A stretch of 64,000 nt of DNA. Source: Dehalococcoidia bacterium. Lineage in GTDB: Bacteria > Chloroflexota > Dehalococcoidia > Lucifugimonadales > UBA3495. The notes beneath the pieces are model-generated. The model was given only the letters and a program-made list of their open reading frames with translations. It had not been told where the DNA came from and did not search any database. Each line of letters starts with the position of its first letter. Within the stretch, counting starts at the first letter, position 1. The stretch spans positions 17,084 through 81,083 of the forward strand of contig OZ250155.1 in assembly GCA_965237775.1 (NCBI GenBank), in the 5' to 3' direction. A program made the translations under genes and the position numbers. Positions 53,526-60,084 of the stretch are shown piece after piece.

Positions 53526-54080
53526 TTATCCTGGAGAGTTCGCTGTGACGTTGAATTCAACGTCGTTCGGTACTTCGAGAATCTGGATTCTCACACCATC
53601 GATTGACTCAGGAATCCGGTCGATCTCAGGGAGGTCTTCCTGGAGGACCAATTGAGTGACCCAAATCACGATACCGATTTGTTCAGTGTATTCACCGTTT
53701 TGATCTTGCAGGAACCCTACGCCAACTGACCACATATTGGGTTGGCGTCGGAACAGGCCGGAATGCTTCTTGCGCACGGCGCTAGCCTTATCGGCCGCTG
53801 GCTGGTACTTGAGCCAACTGGGTTCTGATTCCGTCATCGAACTCCTCTCCGGTCGCTGATTCTTGGTGGAGGTAATCCGTTCGGTGGGGTCTTGGTCCTG
53901 GATAGCAGGCGCCAAGGGGACTTCGGCAGGTGCCTGGCCGCTCTCGGGCGATTCGGTACTACACGCCAGTAGCAGTAAGCACACCGAGGCCAGAACGATC
54001 AGTAGCCACCACCTTCCGATACTCAGTGTGGAATCCATCCTCTCCTCCTCCATTTGGGTCCCCGTCTTGTCTGGATACAC
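53526..54080 (-). CDS. Cassette 2 lipoprotein with a pro-domain-like C-terminal block
   Basis: The signal and lipobox read RWWLLIVLASVCLLLLAC|STE. The C-terminal block reads QPNMWSVGVGFLQDQNGEYTEQIGIVIWVTQLV...RIPESIDGVRIQILEVP. The start is probably an internal ATG such as 54038. Confidence 0.7.
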   Translation of the reverse strand: MYPDKTGTQMEEERMDSTLSIGRWWLLIVLASVCLLLLACSTESPESGQAPAEVPLAPAIQDQDPTERITSTKNQRPERSSMTESEPSWLKYQPAADKASAVRKKHSGLFRRQPNMWSVGVGFLQDQNGEYTEQIGIVIWVTQLVLQEDLPEIDRIPESIDGVRIQILEVPNDVEFNVTANSPG

Positions 54081-54139
54081 CGGAGTCAGCTAGGTCCGTC
54101 AGGGCAGCGCCTGTTTGAAACCTGGGCCGGCCTGTCGCC

Positions 54140-55387
54140 CTACGATTGGGATGGCGCGTGACCCGCGCCGGAGATGTCCACCAGCACGTCAATCACGCGG
54201 TTTTCCTTCTCCTCGTCTGCGCCACGAGCCGACACACAGCGGCCGATGATGGGGTCGTTGGCGGATCTGGCGGTCTTCACCCTGGACGGAGCGTCGGCAG
54301 CCAGTGGTTCCGTGGGCATCTCAGGGGTGACCGAGTCCCCAACTCCGATGTCGTCAGAGGCTCGCGCCTTGGCGATTCCGTGTACCACTACCGGCACAAG
54401 GTCGGGAGAGGAGGCAACGCGGTCCCCCACTTGCTTTCCTGCCGGAGTGTGGACTATGCCGATGAGCATGTGCGGCTCCATGTCCGAGTCCATCTTGAAT
54501 AGTGCGGGGTCATCGTCCGACTCTGAGACGGGATTGATGCCTACGACGTCACCGGCCATCAGGTCTTCACCTGCCTTGAAATGGTCGTCGATGATCAACT
54601 TTCTCCCGGCGAACCCTTCGCTGGTTAAGATTGGAATTCCTTCGTTGCCCACCCCGACCGTCGGGTCTCCGAAGGTGATGTCAAGCTCTTGTTCGATGAT
54701 GGAGGCTTTAACTGCGGCGCCGGTGGGCAATAGGGGGTGTTCAGTTACATGGAGTCCCACCATGTGGAATTCGCCGGGGGAGGACTCGAGAAGCAGAGGG
54801 GCTCCAGAATCACCCGGTTCAGATTCAGGGCTCCCATCAACCGGCCTTGTTATAAACACGTTATAAAAGATTTGGAGCCCCGGTGCTGTAACAAAGTGTG
54901 TTGCAACCACGACTACATTGGACGGCCCTGTGACGGCTCCCAGGCGTAAGAGCCGCATACGAGAAGTGGGTTCTCGAACGCCTGCCAATATCCTTCCAGG
55001 AGTGTGGTCATCCGGATTTCCTCCCAGGTGACGGTGCGGCACAAGACTTGGGGTTACCGAGTCCGACAGCGTTATCGCAGCAGCTTCAGCCTCATGAAGT
55101 GATACTGGCACCGGGCCGAGGTCTGCCGGAGTCCACCGGACAGGATTTCCGATTCTCTGGTTGGACCTCCGAGGTGTCCCTTGATGGACTTCTGCCTCCT
55201 TCGTAACGTCGAAGGAACCCGACTTAGCTACAACATGGGCAGCGGTCACAGCGACGCGTTCTCCACCAGGATGAAGAGTGGCAATTCCGGTGAGAGTCCC
55301 CGATTGAATAACCTCGGAATCTGGGTACTTGGAGTAGATCGCCAATCCTGCCATCAACTCCTCGTGCTCAAGACTTCTCCAGGGCAT
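54140..55387 (-). CDS. Cassette 3 protease: leaderless chymotrypsin-fold serine protease fused to a DUF2190-like domain (415 aa)
   Basis: I chose the ATG at 55387 (MPWRSLEHEELMAG...SGTLTGIATL). The motifs are VTAAHVV (His) and PGDSGAPLL (Ser); the Asp position is unclear (EAAAITL). The junction motif reads IPILTSEGFAGRKLIIDDHFKAGEDLMAGDVVGI. The N-terminal 78 codons of the 493-aa track ORF are an Arg/Trp-rich overprint of the upstream gene. Confidence 0.75.
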   Translation of the reverse strand: MPWRSLEHEELMAGLAIYSKYPDSEVIQSGTLTGIATLHPGGERVAVTAAHVVAKSGSFDVTKEAEVHQGTPRRSNQRIGNPVRWTPADLGPVPVSLHEAEAAAITLSDSVTPSLVPHRHLGGNPDDHTPGRILAGVREPTSRMRLLRLGAVTGPSNVVVVATHFVTAPGLQIFYNVFITRPVDGSPESEPGDSGAPLLLESSPGEFHMVGLHVTEHPLLPTGAAVKASIIEQELDITFGDPTVGVGNEGIPILTSEGFAGRKLIIDDHFKAGEDLMAGDVVGINPVSESDDDPALFKMDSDMEPHMLIGIVHTPAGKQVGDRVASSPDLVPVVVHGIAKARASDDIGVGDSVTPEMPTEPLAADAPSRVKTARSANDPIIGRCVSARGADEEKENRVIDVLVDISGAGHAPSQS

Positions 55388-55389
55388 GG

Positions 55390-55607
55390 CTACCTCCAGG
55401 GGTCGTGTTCGATGATCTGGACCTTGACCCCATCCAAGACTGCCGGGATTCGGTCTTCCGTCGGCAAAGTTTCTTGATCGACCTTCTCGGTGACGAATAT
55501 CAGAATTCCAACCTCTCCAACGTAGTTGCCGTTCTCGTCGACCAGCAACCCAACGGCACCACCGTTGAAGTTCGGCTGCCGACCAAAGAGTTGGAGGTGC
55601 CGCTCTA
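55390..55607 (-). pseudogene. Cassette 3 lipoprotein, 3' part (split by an IS427-group element)
   Basis: The reverse-strand translation reads ERHLQLFGRQPNFNGGAVGLLVDENGNYVGEVGILIFVTEKVDQETLPTEDRIPAVLDGVKVQIIEHDPWR*. It joins in frame to 56451..56690 when the IS and one TA are removed. Confidence 0.75.
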
Positions 55608-56450
55608 GGGCGTGTCGTCAAAACAGGAACAAGATGGTAGATTATTTCGGAGAGTGTGAGTGTGTGGAGTTGAAGTATGGCGGCAGCGCATCGGCGTCAC
55701 GACCTTTCGGACAAGGTTTGGGAACAATTGAGACCTTACTTGCCTGGTGGAGCAGGCAAAAGGGGGCGTCCAGCCCGGGATAACCGGCTTTTCTTGAACG
55801 CGGTGTTTTGGATCCTGCGTACTGGGGCGCCCTGGCGGGACCTGCCGCCGGATTACGGGGACTGGAAGAACACCCATAGACGCTTTTGCCGGTGGCGAGA
55901 CCGCGGTGTCTGGGACCAACTGCTGGAGCGGGTCATCGAAGATCCGGACTTTGAGTGGTTGATGGTCGACGCAAGCCACATCAAGGTTCACCCTCATGGC
56001 ACTGGGGCCCGGGGAGGCAATCAAGCCATAGGCCGCACAAAAGGGGGCTAAACAGCAAACTGCACCTGGCGGTGGACTCCCACGGCATGCCGGTACGTAT
56101 GATCTTGACCGAGGGTACGGTGGCGGATTGCACGCAGGCTCATTCGCTGATCGCCGACATCCCAGCTGAATATCTGCTGGCAGACCGAGGCTACCACACC
56201 AACGGCATCGTGGCCGAAGCCGAGGGCCAGGGGATGGAACCGGTGATACCACCCAGGAGCCATCGCAAGGAACAACGGTACTACGACCGGGCACTGTACA
56301 AACTGCGGCACTTGGTCGAGAACTCATTCCTGGACTTCAAGCAATGGCGGGGGGTTGCCACCCGATATGCCAAAAACGCAGCGTCTTTCCTGGCAATTTG
56401 CCAAATCCGAGCGCTGGTCATCTGGACCAAGTTATTTTGACGACACCCCC
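55608..56450 (+). mobile_element. IS5-family (IS427-group) insertion sequence, 843 bp
   Basis: The terminal inverted repeats are GGGCGTGTCGTCAAAA (55608-) and ttttgacgacaccccc (-56450). A TA direct repeat flanks the element at 55606-55607 and 56451-56452. It carries two overlapping transposase ORFs. Confidence 0.85.
55677..56440 (+). CDS. IS427-group transposase, orfA (55677..56051) and orfB (to 56440), joined by a -1 frameshift at A4G5 (56039-56047)
   Basis: OrfA reads HDLSDKVWEQLRPYLPG...RDNRLFLNAVFWILRTGAPWRDLP. Slipping -1 on A-AAA-GGG-G gives ...AIGRTKGGLNSKLHLAVDSHG, then LLADRGY and LRHLVENSFLDFKQWRGVATRYAK. Confidence 0.85.
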
Positions 56451-56690
56451 TAATACTGCTACCGCGCGTTCCTCTGTTTTCTTGTGATACCCAGGGTATG
56501 GCTCGGTAGGGATGGGAGAGTTAGGGTTGATGCCCATTTTGGAACCTCCTGTCTCTGCTGTTGGCTCAACATTTTCCAGGGTTGAATCTGGCTTGCTAGA
56601 GTCGTTGGGCTCCTTCGAGCAACCCAAAGCCGGTAAGAGCAGAAGTATCACCACGACGAACGCGAGAGGTATCCCCCGAATCTTCAACAT
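56451..56690 (-). pseudogene. Cassette 3 lipoprotein, 5' part
   Basis: It reads MLKIRGIPLAFVVVILLLLPALGC|SKEPNDSS...YHKKTEERAVAVL. The track ORF 56418..56690 then reads into the IS end. Confidence 0.75.
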
Positions 56691-56795
56691 TGTTCCCTCT
56701 CTTTCTGATTTGAACCCTCCCCTCTTGGTTCGGACCCGCTTGCAAAGGCCGGTCGGTCAACATCACCTTACCTTGAAATCAGGAGTATGTTGTTG

Positions 56796-57365
56796 CTACT
56801 GCCGGGATGGGGTATGGCCTGCATCCGCGATGTCCACCAGCACTTCAATGTCTTGGTCGGCGCCGGGGGTCACCGTAAGGCACCGGCCCACAATCAGGTC
56901 AGTGCTGGCAGTAGCGGTCTCCACCCGAGAAACGGTCGCGGAATCGTTGTGCTCGTAGGGGGTCACGCTGTCACCCACGCCGATGGCCGCGGCGGACTTG
57001 GCTTTCGCTACCCCCTGGATCACGATGGGGACCAGTTGACCATCCGACGCAATATCATCCCCGACCGACTTCGCCGACGGGGTATGGACTATGCCGATGA
57101 CCCGCCAGTCGTCCATCGTTGAGGTCATCTTGTAGACCTTCGGATCGCTGCCATCCGCCTTGATGCCTACCACGTCGCCAGCCAGGAGCTCTTCCCCGGC
57201 GGTGAAGTAGTCATCGACGATCAACCGTTGTCCTACGAAACCTTCGCTGGTTAGAATCGGAATTCCCATCTCTGCTTCACTCCTTGCAAAACTGACATTG
57301 AGAGCCTTTTCGATTACCGTTGCGGTGGAGACGCAAGCGGTCTCGCCCGAGTCTCCCCACACCAT
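56796..57365 (-). CDS. Cassette 4 remnant: intact DUF2190-like domain preceded by only the tail of a protease domain
   Basis: The 189-aa ORF starts MVWGDSGETACVSTATVIEKALNVSFA, which parallels GDSGAP...ELDITFG of the full copies. It continues MGIPILTSEGFVGQRLIVDDYF...VIGIVHTPS...LVPIVIQGVAKA...IVGRCL...IEVLVDI. No His or Asp region is present. Confidence 0.55.
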   Translation of the reverse strand: MVWGDSGETACVSTATVIEKALNVSFARSEAEMGIPILTSEGFVGQRLIVDDYFTAGEELLAGDVVGIKADGSDPKVYKMTSTMDDWRVIGIVHTPSAKSVGDDIASDGQLVPIVIQGVAKAKSAAAIGVGDSVTPYEHNDSATVSRVETATASTDLIVGRCLTVTPGADQDIEVLVDIADAGHTPSRQ

Positions 57366-57637
57366 CCCAGTTCCGCCGCCTCCATGACCGTCAACCCTGG
57401 GGTCATTCGCCGGTGTGCCTGGCCCATCGCAGACAGGAGCCGGGGGACACTACCTTCCTGGACATCGACGCGGATACCGTCGATGGTGCGCGGCACTAAA
57501 CCAAAGCCAAGGTGGAATCTACATTTGTGGGGCGATGAAGATTGACTTGGGTGCCCAGGGAAGCTCTTGCTCCTGTGTCTGGAGAGCGATCCGGTGCCGC
57601 CGATTGACTTCCTCCATACGCGTATTTCACCTTGGTA

Positions 57638-57874
57638 TTAGTTTAGGTCCTCGGTGGCCAGGCCGGACTCAGGGACCTCTTGGCTAACGAGGACTTGCAG
57701 GCCGGTCTCGCCGGTCTTGTGACCGGCCTCGTAGACTAAGCCCACGCCGACGCCAACGACGTCCTCCCTGGAAAGGAGATCGGCGGCGTGCCGGGCCTTG
57801 AAGCCGCGGACTTCAGAGATATGTGGAGAAACTGCGGCCAAGTCGATTACTCCTCCATTCTTGCTTGTAACCAC
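57638..57874 (-). pseudogene. Cassette 4 pro-domain-like fragment without a signal peptide
   Basis: The 78-aa ORF reads ...LLSREDVVGVGVGLVYEAGHKTGETGLQVLVSQEVPE and ends prematurely. The expected continuation (PRTIDGIRVDVQEGS) lies downstream in ORF 57314..57496. Confidence 0.5.
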
Positions 57875-57875
57875 C

Positions 57876-59648
57876 CTAGCCGACTAACTGGGATCGACTC
57901 TGGAATATGGTCTGCTCATACAGGAGGAGAGCGTGATACCATTCCAGGCTGGCCTCTGGGTGTTCAGTCAAATACCATTGGTCAACGTGCTGCTCGTCCG
58001 GGCCGGTTGACAAGGCGAGAATCCCATCGATGAGTTGGTTACACCAAGTATTTTCTTGAGCCACGTACGGGTCGCCGTTATCGTCTAACCGGAATCGGCC
58101 TGGCATACCACCGGCACACCAAGGCGAATAGTAGTCCCGGATATCCCCATGCCCGTCGCCCCTAGTTCGGCCGTTCCAATCGAACTGGAGAGCCAGTAAT
58201 TTGTCCATCCAGTAATCGATCCTGGGCCTCACCCAGTCCATGCCTTCTTGATTGCCGATGAATTTGCAATATTGCCAATACATGCAGCCAACTTCGACCA
58301 CTCGGACTACCCAGTCTGAATACCAAGGAGACGATTGAGGGCACACTACTGGCGGATTACGCCATACGAGATTCGCGGAGTCGAAAACGGGGGAAGTCAC
58401 GTTTATTGAGCCAGCCGCAATGTTGTTCTGGATCGTGAGCGAGTCCTTCCCTTCAAAGCACTCCTCAAGAAAAAGCCGACAAATCTCGATGCCGGAACCA
58501 GTATTAGGACCCGCCCACCATGGCTTCTCGTCTCCATATGCGATCAAGGCCGTTGCTGCCGCCTGAGTCTTTGAGTTTACGGACCAAGGGAATCCGACTT
58601 GGGAATATCGTTGCCGATTACCCTCGCCAGCAGCTCTCGAGATATGCGGAGTCCATGCAAAAATGTTAGCGTTCGCCGAGTTGCGGATCGTGTCTGGCCA
58701 TAAGTCATTCTCAAGGAACATCTCAGGTGTTATCGGCCACCAGGTCTCCCAAGAGAACTCAGCGCCCTCAAAAAACTCTCGGCGCAACAAACCGAATGTT
58801 TGCTCGTATAAGTCGTGCTTACTCTTCAGAAATTCCTTAGCAGCATTCATGACCTTGACGCCGTTGGTGATGTCTTCTCCAGTGCCGAGTTCGCGGAGTA
58901 CGTACCCTGCGATCCAGTTCAGATCAAGCATCGCGAACTCGTTCCAGGACCAAAACTCACCAGGTCCCATATCTTGCTCGCGGCAACGAATTCTCCAAAG
59001 AAGGGTCTTGGGATTACCTGCAACGAGGAGGCGGTCCGGGAGCCAAAGGAGATTCATTTCACCTGCAGAGTCAAGACTCTCGTACCAGATGAAAGCCTCA
59101 CTTTCCCCATCCGAGTAGTCGCTCCCACCCCATCGGACTTCATTTATGAATTTCACGGTGTGATAGGTCTCGTATGTCACCGATTCACGGCCGGAGATCG
59201 GGAACGGCCAACCCGAAGGCAGGGTGGGGAAATCGGTAACCACCTTCGAATTTGGGTCCCGGAAACTGACCGCTGTCTCGTAACGCTGCCAACTATAATT
59301 CGGAAGGCTGTCTCCGAACTCTATTTCCGATGAACCAAGGTGTGCATGGGCCATCCGATTAAAGTGGAAGATTCGATAATCTCCCTTCAGGAGCACCTGG
59401 TCATACTCCACTCCCTCAGAGTCGAGTCGACTTTGAGAACTGGGACGTTCGCCAGTATTCGGTATTAGGCCAACAACAGGCGGATACTTCCCAGTGGTGA
59501 ACATCCGCCAACGGTCTTCACCATTCGGAGCGTAGGCGATGGGAGGAGATAGCTCCTCCTGATTAGCGGCCAAGGGTTTACTTACGCAGCGGCGAATGAA
59601 CGCGGCGGACAGTTTCTTAGCCTTGTCCAGTTGCTCTCGGGTTGGCAT
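57876..59648 (-). CDS. Trp-rich 590-aa protein of unknown function (AT-richer patch)
   Basis: This long ORF has no competing frame and no signal peptide. I recognised no motif. An alpha/alpha-toroid-type enzyme is only a guess, based on W/Y/F-rich composition. Confidence 0.55.
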   Translation of the reverse strand: MPTREQLDKAKKLSAAFIRRCVSKPLAANQEELSPPIAYAPNGEDRWRMFTTGKYPPVVGLIPNTGERPSSQSRLDSEGVEYDQVLLKGDYRIFHFNRMAHAHLGSSEIEFGDSLPNYSWQRYETAVSFRDPNSKVVTDFPTLPSGWPFPISGRESVTYETYHTVKFINEVRWGGSDYSDGESEAFIWYESLDSAGEMNLLWLPDRLLVAGNPKTLLWRIRCREQDMGPGEFWSWNEFAMLDLNWIAGYVLRELGTGEDITNGVKVMNAAKEFLKSKHDLYEQTFGLLRREFFEGAEFSWETWWPITPEMFLENDLWPDTIRNSANANIFAWTPHISRAAGEGNRQRYSQVGFPWSVNSKTQAAATALIAYGDEKPWWAGPNTGSGIEICRLFLEECFEGKDSLTIQNNIAAGSINVTSPVFDSANLVWRNPPVVCPQSSPWYSDWVVRVVEVGCMYWQYCKFIGNQEGMDWVRPRIDYWMDKLLALQFDWNGRTRGDGHGDIRDYYSPWCAGGMPGRFRLDDNGDPYVAQENTWCNQLIDGILALSTGPDEQHVDQWYLTEHPEASLEWYHALLLYEQTIFQSRSQLVG

Positions 59649-59676
59649 AATCCGTCCGTCCTTATATTGTTAGGAT

Positions 59677-60084
59677 TTGAGGTTCGAAATGGGGTCGGAT
59701 GCAGAGGAAGCGGGCCCAATTCCAGTGATTCCGTTCGCGATTATGCTGATCGCGCCGATTCTGGTCGGATTCGTGATGGCAGCCATTTTCATGGTGGACG
59801 CGGGATTCTCCTTGAGGGTGACCTCGGAAGGCGCATTCTCTCTCCTGCTGTTCTCCCTGTATTCTCTATTGGGGATATTCACCCTCTACCTGTTTATGGG
59901 CCTTTTGTCTTTCTTCATGGTGAGCGTAGCGTTTGCCCTTATGAATCCAGCGCCAATGCCGGCGTTCAATGCCGCATTGTGGGTCGTGGCGTTTTTCGCC
60001 GTCGTCTTTTGGTTGTTCGTTCTCTTCCTCATTCTTCTTGGGTCGTCAGGACATTCCTCAATGCCTTACGGGGCCGGAGGGTAG
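59677..60084 (+). CDS. Small integral membrane protein (four predicted TM helices)
   Basis: The 135-aa ORF has hydrophobic stretches IPFAIMLIAPILVGFVMAAIFMV, FSLLLFSLYSLLGIFTLYLFMGLLSFFMV and AALWVVAFFAVVFWLFVLFLILL. It is the only plus-strand native gene in the structural region, and its stop abuts IS copy C. Confidence 0.55.
   Translation: MRFEMGSDAEEAGPIPVIPFAIMLIAPILVGFVMAAIFMVDAGFSLRVTSEGAFSLLLFSLYSLLGIFTLYLFMGLLSFFMVSVAFALMNPAPMPAFNAALWVVAFFAVVFWLFVLFLILLGSSGHSSMPYGAGG

Noticed and set aside
51639-55392. The idea that lipoprotein and protease are joined by a conserved programmed -1 frameshift. The protease lies in the -1 frame relative to the lipoprotein in all three intact cassettes.
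   Set aside because: In cassette 1 the protease frame contains a TGA between the lipoprotein stop and the protease ATG (six codons upstream of the ATG). I saw no slippery heptamers. The frame coincidence has about a 1 in 9 chance of arising randomly.
54140-55621. A 493-aa version of the cassette 3 protease with a 78-codon N-terminal extension.
   Set aside because: The extension is Arg/Trp-rich. It overlaps the 3' part of the lipoprotein gene in another frame and runs into the IS terminus. The paralogues all start at the conserved ...HRPLMAG region, which corresponds to the ATG at 55387.
46000-57900. Repeats considered as a CRISPR array or as a diversity-generating retroelement template/variable pair.
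   Set aside because: All repeats are coding paralogues or microsatellites. There is no regular repeat-spacer periodicity, no cas genes and no reverse transcriptase in the window.
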